In this document: in pieces, positions 1 to 7,961 of the stretch
How the letters are laid out: every line of letters begins with the position of its first letter
Numbering within the stretch: the first letter of the stretch is position 1
From: Nostoc punctiforme PCC 73102
GTDB lineage: Bacteria > Cyanobacteriota > Cyanobacteriia > Cyanobacteriales > Nostocaceae
NCBI RefSeq assembly: GCF_000020025.1
Contig: NC_010628.1
Location: 2,550,001-2,582,000, forward strand
Direction: 5' to 3'
Length of the DNA stretch: 32,000 bases
The notes under the pieces: model-generated
Databases searched by the model: none
What the model was told of the DNA's origin: nothing
What the model saw: only the letters and a program-made list of their open reading frames with translations
Translations under genes and position numbers: made by a program

Positions 1-56
1 GTCAAACCAGACGGTCCGCCGCCAACAATGCACACATCAGTATCAATCGTTCTCAT
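1..56 (-). CDS. FAD/NAD(P)-binding oxidoreductase, first 18 codons only (gene continues past the left edge)
   Basis: Not in the ORF track because no stop lies in the window. The reverse complement of 1..56 reads ATG then MRTIDTDVCIVGGGPSGL. This is a GxGxxG dinucleotide-binding fingerprint at the extreme N-terminus, as in flavin monooxygenases and reductases. Same strand as the acyltransferase gene and 93 nt downstream of it. Confidence 0.45.
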   Translation of the reverse strand, partial: MRTIDTDVCIVGGGPSGL

Positions 57-149
57 GATAATTACTCTTTTGGTGAAATTTGCAATTAAATCCGTTTGTA
101 ACTTCTTCTTTCTACCTTTGCGCCTTTGCGTGAGATTTCCTCACCCAAT

Positions 150-911
150 TCATTCGCAAAACTTTTCCAGCGATTCTCTAATATCGCTCAAAATATCTGC
201 CGCCATCGCACCATCAATTACCCGATGGTCAAAAGTCATACTCAAACGCATCACAGGAGCAATTTTAATTTCCTCCTTTTGTACAACAGCCTGCGATTGA
301 ATTTGTCCCAATCCAAAAGTGAGTGTAGTTCCTCCTACCGAAAAAAAGCTGTTAATTGATTTGTGGCCGAGTGAAGAAACCGAGAATGTACCCAGGCGGC
401 TTCTCCGTCTTTTTAAATCGGCAAGAATCAAACCAAATATCAATTCTGCTAAGAACAAAGGAAGTTTTTGTAACTTTTTCAGAGCAGCGTATTCCTGAAT
501 ATTATCAAAATCATTTAATTTGTAATAATCAATGGTGTTTTGAATTCCTTGTAAAGAAATTTGGTTAGCATGAGGAATTAAACCAGGAAGAACTACACGC
601 TGCTCACCTATTTTTTTGTCCAAAGCAAACTTTGCGCTTACAGTATCAGACTGCGCTAACTTCGGTAATAATCCCCCTAAAAGACTGCTATTAGCTTCTG
701 GATATTTAGAGAGAACTCGTGCAGCCGCATAGATAAAATAAGTGATGATGCTCAATTTAGTTTGTGCCAGTGTAGCCGAACCTTCTCGTAAATTGAGAAT
801 TTTCGTCATGTCTACATCTGTATCTATAAAAACAGGACTGCAAGCTCTGGCATAGTTTAAAAAAGCAAAGGTATGTTTCCGTTCATTGGGAAAAGGCAGA
901 ATGTTAATCAT
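150..911 (-). CDS. 2-oxoacid dehydrogenase E2-type acyltransferase catalytic domain protein (stand-alone, no lipoyl domain)
   Basis: The C-terminal motif SMTFDHRVIDGAMAADIL matches the DHRxxDG catalytic His motif of E2 and chloramphenicol-acetyltransferase-fold acyltransferases. I place the start at the ATG at 911 (MINILPFP...), because the longer track ORF (to 1016) would overlap the upstream ACP gene. Confidence 0.75.
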   Translation of the reverse strand: MINILPFPNERKHTFAFLNYARACSPVFIDTDVDMTKILNLREGSATLAQTKLSIITYFIYAAARVLSKYPEANSSLLGGLLPKLAQSDTVSAKFALDKKIGEQRVVLPGLIPHANQISLQGIQNTIDYYKLNDFDNIQEYAALKKLQKLPLFLAELIFGLILADLKRRRSRLGTFSVSSLGHKSINSFFSVGGTTLTFGLGQIQSQAVVQKEEIKIAPVMRLSMTFDHRVIDGAMAADILSDIRESLEKFCE

Positions 912-930
912 AAAGGTTGAATATTCTTGC

Positions 931-1152
931 TTACTGAATAGACTCGTAAATGTCTTTGATATTACGTGCTTGCAGCATAGATAAAACAGAGACTTTCTTA
1001 CCTGTGCGGATTTCAATCGAAGTAATCAAACGCAATAGACCAAGAGAATCCCAGCCTCCTAATTGATCAAAAGGAGTATTAATATCTTGTTCGGCAATCG
1101 GTAATTCTAGTACGTCTTGAATGAGATAAACCAAATCTGTAACGTTATTCAC
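931..1152 (-). CDS. acyl carrier protein (73 aa)
   Basis: GGWDSLGLLRLI carries the DSL phosphopantetheine-attachment serine, and the size is ACP-like. A GTG start at 1152 follows ACAGGAG and overlaps the FkbH stop (GTGAATAA), suggesting translational coupling. The track start at 1206 would lie inside fkbH. Confidence 0.75.
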   Translation of the reverse strand: MNNVTDLVYLIQDVLELPIAEQDINTPFDQLGGWDSLGLLRLITSIEIRTGKKVSVLSMLQARNIKDIYESIQ

Positions 1153-3061
1153 GAGTAAAACTCCTGTAGTCAGAAGATAAATTGATATGCTTAACAGAAA
1201 GAGCAATATTGTCTGTCAATGAGCGAAGATAAAGTACTCTCTGAGGAGTTTCTTCAACAAGTTCAAAGCCTTGCTTTTTATAAAAATCATGGACTTTCTG
1301 ATTTTTGGAAGATGGAATATACTCTGCGTAAACCTTTTCAATTTTTGCTTCTTTAGCCTGCTGTAAAATATGTTCTAGGCTAATTGTTTCAATCCCTCGT
1401 GAGAAAACCCGACAACTCAGTAGAAAATTATCTATGTAAAGTTCGCGTTCCTTGTCGATAGGTTGGCGAGTAAAGATACAGCCAACAATTCCATTGTCTC
1501 CAAACCGGTCTTGAGACTCAATTCCAATAATTGTGATAGATGAATCATCAAGAAGTTGATTAATTTCTCCCTCTTGATAGCGCTTAGTAGTCATATTGAA
1601 CTGATTGGTGCGTAAAGTGAGTTGAGAAATTCGCACAATATCTGCTTGTTGGGGTGCGAACAACTTCACTTTCAGTTCCAGTTCATTCAAGTAATCATCT
1701 ATGGAATCAAAATTTCCGAGAAATTCTTGGCGTTTAACCTCAGTTTTATATTTTTGAGTCCGGCTGTAATCTTCTTTGGTGATTTCAAGAGTATTGAACC
1801 AACCTCCTGTAAGCAAAGTTTTGGTGTAGCTTGCTGGGTCTTCTTCAAGTTCCAGCACCGTAACATTTGGCTGTTTGGAACGTACAAGATTGCGTTCAAA
1901 TTCACTATCATCAACAAAGACAAAACTATCTAAACCCAAGTTCAGCGATTGAGAAATTTCTTTCAGGTTTTCATGTTTTGGAGACCAGTTGGCGCAGATG
2001 TTGACAAAATCATCTTCTCGTAAAACCATTTTAGGATGATTCTGCAAAACATCTTTAACTTTTTCTATGTCATTTTTACTATTAATGGCAAGAACTATAC
2101 CTTGGTCTGCAAGTTGTTTGATAACAAGTTGAAATTGATGATATGCTTCTCCAACTAAGGTATCGCTAACTTCAATTCCTTCATTACCATCATCGCCAAG
2201 AATACCTTTCCAGAGAGTATTATCTAAGTCAAGAACCAAACATTTTCGGGTTTTTCCTTTGATAACTCGACTAATTTTACTAATCTCAAAAGCATAATTG
2301 GATAATAACGATTCCGTCATGTATATCTTGGCATATTGACTTAGACGGTCATCTGATAGTCCGGTAGCATTTGCTAAAAAAGGCTCAATATCTAGAACAA
2401 TTAAACTTTTGAATTGATTAGATAACTTGAGGAGACTAGCGTTAAATTCTTTCCAGAGACTACTTAAATATGCTTTCGATTTGTAATCTAGAAGTTGGTT
2501 AGTTCGGTTGAGTGAGAGAGGAATTGTGTTTAAAATCAACAATCCTGAACTTGTATTAACATATTGATTTACAAGCTTTTCTAGATGTTGCAACTTCTCT
2601 TGTAAAATATGCTGAATATCTAATAATCGCCAGGGAGTCACTAATTCATTAAATATCAAATGTTCGTCAAGTAGACAAACTGTGATTTCTGGTTGGTGTT
2701 CATACAGCGCGCTATTAACATCAATAATTTCATAGACATATTGCCCATAGTCTGCAATATAAGTATTAGGGAATATATTGTCACGCAGGTGAAAGTAATT
2801 CAAAAAAGGTTGGATAGGATTGAGAACAAAATTACCAGTCAAAGCAATATTGACTTTTTTAACGTCAGGATATCTGGTTGCAATTTCCGAGTAGTCAAGA
2901 TTTTTCAAAATCTGACCTACTTGTGCTATTTCTTCAGTTGTTTCTACATCCTTGAGAAGATGAGATACTCTAGAAAATTCAGCTTCTATTTGCTTTGAGC
3001 GTTTGAGTTCACGAATTTCTTGGATAACATTATTAATGGTATTTGAATTGATAGTAACCAT
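1145..3061 (-). CDS. FkbH-like HAD-superfamily (subfamily IIIC) phosphatase / glyceryl-S-ACP synthase
   Basis: LVLDLDNTLWKGILGDDG is the signature DxDxT HAD motif I in the FkbH context. The 638-aa length is typical of full-length FkbH-like proteins with an N-terminal domain and a C-terminal acyltransferase-like domain. An ACP gene lies immediately downstream. Confidence 0.85.
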   Translation of the reverse strand: MVTINSNTINNVIQEIRELKRSKQIEAEFSRVSHLLKDVETTEEIAQVGQILKNLDYSEIATRYPDVKKVNIALTGNFVLNPIQPFLNYFHLRDNIFPNTYIADYGQYVYEIIDVNSALYEHQPEITVCLLDEHLIFNELVTPWRLLDIQHILQEKLQHLEKLVNQYVNTSSGLLILNTIPLSLNRTNQLLDYKSKAYLSSLWKEFNASLLKLSNQFKSLIVLDIEPFLANATGLSDDRLSQYAKIYMTESLLSNYAFEISKISRVIKGKTRKCLVLDLDNTLWKGILGDDGNEGIEVSDTLVGEAYHQFQLVIKQLADQGIVLAINSKNDIEKVKDVLQNHPKMVLREDDFVNICANWSPKHENLKEISQSLNLGLDSFVFVDDSEFERNLVRSKQPNVTVLELEEDPASYTKTLLTGGWFNTLEITKEDYSRTQKYKTEVKRQEFLGNFDSIDDYLNELELKVKLFAPQQADIVRISQLTLRTNQFNMTTKRYQEGEINQLLDDSSITIIGIESQDRFGDNGIVGCIFTRQPIDKERELYIDNFLLSCRVFSRGIETISLEHILQQAKEAKIEKVYAEYIPSSKNQKVHDFYKKQGFELVEETPQRVLYLRSLTDNIALSVKHINLSSDYRSFTRE

Positions 3062-3071
3062 GATTGATTCC

Positions 3072-4106
3072 TTACACTCTTGATAGTGCTAAACCACCTT
3101 TAATCCATTTGGATGATTCGACTGTAATGCAAAAAGCTCGTTGCCCTTGATGCATAATTGACTCCAAATTTTGCAGCTGAATGAAAGGTAAAGCATTAGC
3201 TACATTTCCGGTTTCTGTAACGCAATGTACTGCTTTCTCTACAGGAATATCCATGAACTCAACAATGCGTTTGCTCATATTTCCTGAAAGTTGAGGAGGC
3301 AATATAAAATCAATATCATGTAACTCCCATTCCACTGCATCCATGAGAGATTCCAATATTTCTTTCGCCAAAACCGGGACTGCCTTTTCTATAGCTTTAT
3401 AGTCTTCTTTAACAGCTTGTGGAAGTTTTGTATCACCTGCTGGAGGTACAGCAAACCAATTGAGTATTTGACCTGGTTCTTTGTCTAAACCTGTTAGTTG
3501 GTTCAGCACGTATTCGATTGTAAAACCTGTTTTGTTCTCTTCGCTTGTCAAAACTGCTGCACCAGCACCATCACCAAACAAAACATAATTTACTAGTTCA
3601 CCTGACGGCATATTATTAAAGTCACGGTTAAAATCTGCAAATCTAGAGCAAATATCACCGCCAATTACTAAACCAACTTTGTAGCTACCACTAAGTAAAA
3701 ATTGCTGGGCGACATCTAAGCACTGAACTGCGCCACTGCATCCAGATTGTAGCTGATATGTTGGGACTAAGTTGATTCCTAGTTTTTCTGCAACCAAGTT
3801 CACTGTAGCAGGCATGAGAAAATCTGGAGTGCCTGTTGCCATAACTATAAATTCAATATCTTGGATTGAATAACCAGAATTTTGAATTGCCTCTTTAGCA
3901 GCATGAGCGCATATTTCTGCTAATGTATGGGTTGTTTCTTGGGTAACAAGGTCAACGGCAAAATACCGTCTTTTACTACCAATAAAGACCTCAATCCAAT
4001 CTTTATTTATATTGAATATTTCTGCAAGTTGTTTGTTTTCAACTGGTTTACCTGGTAAAAAAGTGCCTAGCCCAGCGATAGTAACTGTGCATTTTGCGTC
4101 TGTCAT
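3072..4106 (-). CDS. KASIII (FabH)-like thiolase-fold enzyme, atypical active site
   Basis: Aligns by eye to E. coli FabH. QSGCSGAV matches AAACAGF (nucleophilic Cys present), VLFGDGAGAAVL matches IIFGDGAGAAVL, and ETGNVANALP matches RHGNTSAASVP (Asn present). The HQAN block is replaced by LPPQLSGNM, so His becomes Pro. The stop lies 10 nt before the fkbH ATG, with an AGGAA in between. Confidence 0.85.
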   Translation of the reverse strand: MTDAKCTVTIAGLGTFLPGKPVENKQLAEIFNINKDWIEVFIGSKRRYFAVDLVTQETTHTLAEICAHAAKEAIQNSGYSIQDIEFIVMATGTPDFLMPATVNLVAEKLGINLVPTYQLQSGCSGAVQCLDVAQQFLLSGSYKVGLVIGGDICSRFADFNRDFNNMPSGELVNYVLFGDGAGAAVLTSEENKTGFTIEYVLNQLTGLDKEPGQILNWFAVPPAGDTKLPQAVKEDYKAIEKAVPVLAKEILESLMDAVEWELHDIDFILPPQLSGNMSKRIVEFMDIPVEKAVHCVTETGNVANALPFIQLQNLESIMHQGQRAFCITVESSKWIKGGLALSRV

Positions 4107-4367
4107 AATCTACTCTAATTGGTGATAAAGTTGAAAGTCTGTTTTTTACTTTCTTATCTCATACATAGGTGCAGAGAAAGAAAAGAGAGCGAACTAAGTA
4201 AGATTGTGTTGCGATATGTAGAAATGTAAAGGATGTGAGATTTAGATACAAGGGAAAATCTTTCGCTAATTAGGGATGTATATAAGGTTTTAGAAGTTGG
4301 GAGTTGGGAATTAGGAGTTAGTTATCCTATTCTCCGTGTCCCCGCGTCTTTGCGTCCCCATGTCCCT

Positions 4368-5123
4368 TTACTCCCATTGCCAGCATTTAAGATGCCAATC
4401 ACGTCCTTCTACAGCCAGGGCACCTACATAGCTCAAAGCAGGGATAAATGCTTGGAGAGACCAACGGATGACAGTGGAGCGATCGCCATTAATGCTGTAA
4501 AGTTGAACTGGCTCATTCTGTGATAACGAAACATCTAATTGATCCATCGGAAAAACTAGTCCCTGTCCAGTTGCTTTTAGATAAGCTTCTTTCCGAGTCC
4601 AACAGTTAAAAAATGCTCCTAATTTTTCATCCTGAGGCAGTTTACGAAAGACATCTTTTTCTCTATCGGAAAAACAACGTTCAGCAACTTGTTCAAAATC
4701 AGAAATAGGGCGCATATATTCAATATCCACACCAATTTCTCGTTGACGCGTAACGGCATACAAAACAAGTTCATGGGAGTGAGATAGATTAAAGCTCAAT
4801 GTATTCCCACCAGATGTTTCTGCTAAAACTGGTTTACCGTGTGAGCCATAACAAAACTGCAATTGGCTGGCATTAGTGCCTAAGTAAGAGCCTAAAATTG
4901 TCCGAAGTAACCCGCGTCCAACAATGTAACGCTTTTTATCTCGCTCCAAATAAAAACGCTCAGATCGGGTACGTTCGTCTTGTGAAAGTAATTCTGCTAA
5001 GGTCTCAACACGAGATGTTGATTGATTAAGGAAAGTACACCAAACATGAACATCTTCGCCTAAGACTGACCAGTTTGTTGGTGGAGGACGCCACAGACAA
5101 TCAACAGTATCAACAGCGATCAT
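4368..5123 (-). CDS. Sfp/HetI-type 4'-phosphopantetheinyl transferase
   Basis: Contains GVDIEYMR and FNCWTRKEAYLKATGQGL, the two hallmark motifs of Sfp-type PPTases. Length is 251 aa. Confidence 0.9.
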   Translation of the reverse strand: MIAVDTVDCLWRPPPTNWSVLGEDVHVWCTFLNQSTSRVETLAELLSQDERTRSERFYLERDKKRYIVGRGLLRTILGSYLGTNASQLQFCYGSHGKPVLAETSGGNTLSFNLSHSHELVLYAVTRQREIGVDIEYMRPISDFEQVAERCFSDREKDVFRKLPQDEKLGAFFNCWTRKEAYLKATGQGLVFPMDQLDVSLSQNEPVQLYSINGDRSTVIRWSLQAFIPALSYVGALAVEGRDWHLKCWQWE

Positions 5124-5200
5124 AAAAAGTAGCCCTGGTGGTTCTATAGGAATGTAGTTTCAGTCTTTGTCTCATACTGGTCTTAGTTCGCTGAAATAAT

Positions 5201-5641
5201 TTAGCGGACACACTCAACTTCCTGGGCTAAATGTTGGGCTAACACTTGAACTGTAGGATACTCATACACCACCTCTATAGAAAGGCGACAACCAAGCCAA
5301 ACTTCTATGGCATGTATCAGACGTAACGCTTCTAAAGAAGTTATGCCGTAGTATTCAAAAGGCAGATTAATGTTGATTTCGCTATGATTTACTAACAGCA
5401 GTTTAGAAAGATAGAAAACTAACCAGCCTTGAATAACTTCCTCTGTTTGAAATAGTTTATGAAAAGGCAATGCTTGACGATAAGCAGATCCAAGTTGCAC
5501 TTGAGGATTTTTCTTGTATGAAAATTTTTCGCTACTCTTCGTATTACCAAAATTTTGTATCCACTCAAGTAGTGCATTATGATTATCTGTGAAAAATTGC
5601 ATTAATTCAGTATTCCTGAAAGCATTGGTTGTAAATGTCAT
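5201..5641 (-). CDS. stand-alone carrier protein (PP-binding domain) with about 70-aa N-terminal domain of unknown function
   Basis: The C-terminal half, IQGWLVFYLSKLL...PFEYYGITSLEALRLIHAIEVWLGCRLSIEVVYEYPTVQVLAQHLAQ, follows the PCP/ACP pattern (FxxxGxxSLxAxxL...PTxxxLAxxL). The attachment Ser is preceded by Thr rather than Asp or His. Start chosen at the second ATG (MTFTT), which lies 10 nt after AAAGGAG. Confidence 0.6.
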   Translation of the reverse strand: MTFTTNAFRNTELMQFFTDNHNALLEWIQNFGNTKSSEKFSYKKNPQVQLGSAYRQALPFHKLFQTEEVIQGWLVFYLSKLLLVNHSEININLPFEYYGITSLEALRLIHAIEVWLGCRLSIEVVYEYPTVQVLAQHLAQEVECVR

Positions 5642-5804
5642 TTTTGTTTCTACTCCTTTCATAATTGAAAAATATCCTTTTAACTTTCAGATGTTATGGA
5701 TAAAAAAACAATACAGTTGGAATGAATTGTTTTGTTTTATTAGTAATCTACCATCTAGATAGATTTAGATGTTTTAAACTAGCACCAAAATCCTTAATAG
5801 ATAC

Positions 5805-6578
5805 TTATGAGATAGATGCATTTCTCCATTCTTTTGGAGGACGCTTATGAATCTGGCGAAATAAGCGGATGAAATAACCTGCATCTAGATATCCAACTTT
5901 AGTAGCAATTTGATTGATGGATTCATCGCTATTGAGCAGCAAAGAGCGGGCTTGTGTCATCCGGCGCTCAACAATCCAATCGTGTACTGTTCGCTTAGTT
6001 TGACGCTTGACTAAATGTGTCAAGTAAGCATTAGAGTATCCTGCTGCTTGAGCAACATCAGAAAGGCTGATTTGTTGATGATAATTCTCTTCAATAAATT
6101 GGAAGACTCTACTAAGTTTAGAGCTAGTAGGATAAAAATTTGTAGTGTCGGTAGATTCTGATTCTTTAGGTGATTGCCGCTGATTAAGATACCACTGTTT
6201 AAGAATTTTTTGCTTTTCTAATCGAGCAGCGATCGCTCCTACTAATTCTTCTACTGAACAAGGTTTAGTCAGATAATCATCTGCACCTAAATTCATGCCT
6301 TTACGTAGTTCGGCTTTGCTAAGTTTAACAGTCAGAAAAATAAAAGGAATAATCGCTGTCACAGGATTTTGGCGTAGTCTACTCAGAACACCATAACCAT
6401 CAAGTTCTGGCATCGAAACATTGCAAAGTACTAAATCCGGTGAATATTCCTCTGCACGCTGGACACCAACCATGCCATTCTCTGCACCAATAGTATCAAA
6501 ACCTTTAGATTTTAGAGAATTGACAAAAAGGTTGCGGGTTTGTGTCTCATCTTCAATCACTAATATATTGTTCATCAT
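5805..6578 (-). CDS. response regulator with AraC-type HTH output; receiver domain has Asn at the phospho-acceptor position
   Basis: Receiver domain features are ILVIEDE, PDLVLCNVSMPELDG, IIPFIFLTVK and ADDYLTKP. The C-terminal AraC/XylS HTH is shown by SLSDVAQAAGYSNAYLTHLVKRQT...YLDAGYFIRLFRQIHKRPPKEWR. Start placed at the ATG at 6578, preceded by AGGAGAA. Confidence 0.85.
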   Translation of the reverse strand: MMNNILVIEDETQTRNLFVNSLKSKGFDTIGAENGMVGVQRAEEYSPDLVLCNVSMPELDGYGVLSRLRQNPVTAIIPFIFLTVKLSKAELRKGMNLGADDYLTKPCSVEELVGAIAARLEKQKILKQWYLNQRQSPKESESTDTTNFYPTSSKLSRVFQFIEENYHQQISLSDVAQAAGYSNAYLTHLVKRQTKRTVHDWIVERRMTQARSLLLNSDESINQIATKVGYLDAGYFIRLFRQIHKRPPKEWRNASIS

Positions 6579-6951
6579 TTCTCCTGCTAATGATTTACTA
6601 AGATACTTTTCAGTAGTTAGTTGTAAACAAAGCGAATACATCTAGCATCTCTCAATCTTTTTTCAAAAGAGCGATGACGAAGCGTGTAAAAGCTTATCTG
6701 CTACAGCAGCTACATTCATTCGCAAACCTTGTTATTTATAGATTGCCAGCTCTTAAAGATTTACACCAGTAAATATCTAAAATTTAAGGATCAACTTAAT
6801 GATTAACTGTTTTTCTACTAGTTGAAGCTGATTAGATATCCAAATGGCTTAACTTTTAAAGAATGTTAGCCAATAACTTAGCGATCGCAACTTGACTTAA
6901 AGAAGAATTCAGAATCGATTATGGGGATTCTCATTTGAACGAGTTAGACAT

Positions 6952-6977
6952 TAGGGGCGCACAGTTGTGCGCCCCTA
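6952..6977. terminator. GC-rich perfect hairpin (candidate bidirectional terminator)
   Basis: TAGGGGCGCAC-AGTT-GTGCGCCCCTA forms an 11-bp perfect stem with a 4-nt loop. It lies 43 nt beyond the stop of the minus-strand gene 7020..7358. The T-rich tail (GATTTTGTTTATTT) is on the plus strand only. Confidence 0.4.
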
Positions 6978-7019
6978 GAAGGATTTTGTTTATTTGAAAA
7001 TTACTATAACTAAAAACCT

Positions 7020-7358
7020 TTATTCTATAGAACCGCCCATCTCTACCCACTCTGTTATGAGTGCATATAAAACCGATCGCATCGTTACTTGTTTCTGCTT
7101 ACAGAGAACTTTGAACTGATACTTTAGATTTTTTGGGACGTACCCTTTAATCTCTTCTAATTCTTCTATAACCAAGTTATTAGTTATTTCAGGAATTGGT
7201 GCGCCTATTTGTATCCATTGGTGAATTAAAGTTTCTAATATTTCACTCATCTCTACGTTTTTCTGCACGCAGAAAACTTTGAATTGAATTTTTAGTTGTT
7301 TTGGTATATTGCCCTTAACTACTGTAAATTCTTCCATTTCGTCTCGAAGCACTATCAT
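7020..7358 (-). CDS. hypothetical protein with two tandem ribbon-helix-helix (ParG/Arc-like) repeats
   Basis: Internal duplication: GNIPKQLKIQFKVFCVQKNVEMSEILETLIHQWIQIG versus GYVPKNLKYQFKVLCKQKQVTMRSVLYALITEWVEMG. Each unit fits the RHH pattern of a beta strand, then FKxxC, then a helix ending LIxxW, as seen in ParG-type proteins. Confidence 0.5.
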   Translation of the reverse strand: MIVLRDEMEEFTVVKGNIPKQLKIQFKVFCVQKNVEMSEILETLIHQWIQIGAPIPEITNNLVIEELEEIKGYVPKNLKYQFKVLCKQKQVTMRSVLYALITEWVEMGGSIE

Positions 7359-7961
7359 ACAAATTTATAATTTTAATCCCATTTTTATCTAAAAAATGAA
7401 AACTGAGGTTTACTTTTTTTCTTAAAAATATTATATAGTCTGATATTATATTTAAAATATTTTTTCAGTGAATATTAGTATATATTTTGAAAATTTTAAA
7501 TTAAACATTTTTCTTGAAAGCACTGCTTGATTTACTGCTTTTCCACCCAGAAAATCCTTAGACAAAGAACTATATATGTTGAAGAGTAACTAACATTTGA
7601 GTAGGTACGTCAAAGGAATAAGTCATCTTGTCCAGAAAAAATTAATTTATCTAATTATTTTAGAACATTGGAAAAGATTCACAATTATGCAAATTTTAAT
7701 CGGTCATTCAAGGAGACAATTGTAGAAGAGGGTAAACATAGAGATTTAAACAGGCAGTAGACTCTATGAACTGGTGAGAAATCCGGGAGATGTATCTAGT
7801 ACAGCACGGTGTAAATAAACCACCCATTCTAAATCAACGAAATGCTTACGGCGTATTAATTTTGTTAGCGAGTCCGCGAGCGTCATTTTGAATTCCGCCT
7901 TACGGTACTAGGCATCAAGCCAAGTTACGTGCTTCCGTTTTTACGGAATCAAAATAGGGAT

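Noticed and set aside
28-568. Plus-strand ORFs 28..300, 126..359 and 356..568
   Set aside because: They lie antisense to the E2-type acyltransferase gene and the start of the FAD gene. Their translations are low-complexity with no motifs. They look like shadow ORFs of an AT-rich coding region.
912-1206. Long N-terminal extensions of track ORFs 150..1016 and 931..1206
   Set aside because: The extensions would overlap the upstream genes by about 85 and 60 nt. Internal starts (ATG at 911; GTG at 1152 after ACAGGAG) give compact, non-overlapping or 8-nt-coupled genes with normal domain boundaries.
1622-2998. ORFs 1622..1933 (+), 1699..1923 (-) and 2693..2998 (+) inside fkbH
   Set aside because: They are antisense or out-of-frame within a gene that has strong motif support, and they have no recognisable features.
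1145-3061. FkbH as part of a methoxymalonyl-ACP (fkbGHIJK-type) extender-unit pathway
   Set aside because: No acyl-CoA dehydrogenase, 3-hydroxyacyl dehydrogenase or O-methyltransferase genes accompany it. The neighbours (a FabH-like enzyme and an E2-like acyltransferase) fit the tetronate cassette better. This remains open until the left flank is seen.
7020-7358. RHH protein as the antitoxin of a toxin-antitoxin pair
   Set aside because: There is no adjacent small ORF on the same strand that could encode a toxin. The flanks are a hairpin and a 600-nt AT-rich spacer.
7540-7960. Possible riboswitch or structured RNA in the spacer between 7358 and 7962
   Set aside because: I could not match any known riboswitch core (B12, Moco, SAM, TPP and others) or RNase P, 6S or tmRNA motifs by eye. 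The region has only short, irregular complementary stretches, so no call was made.
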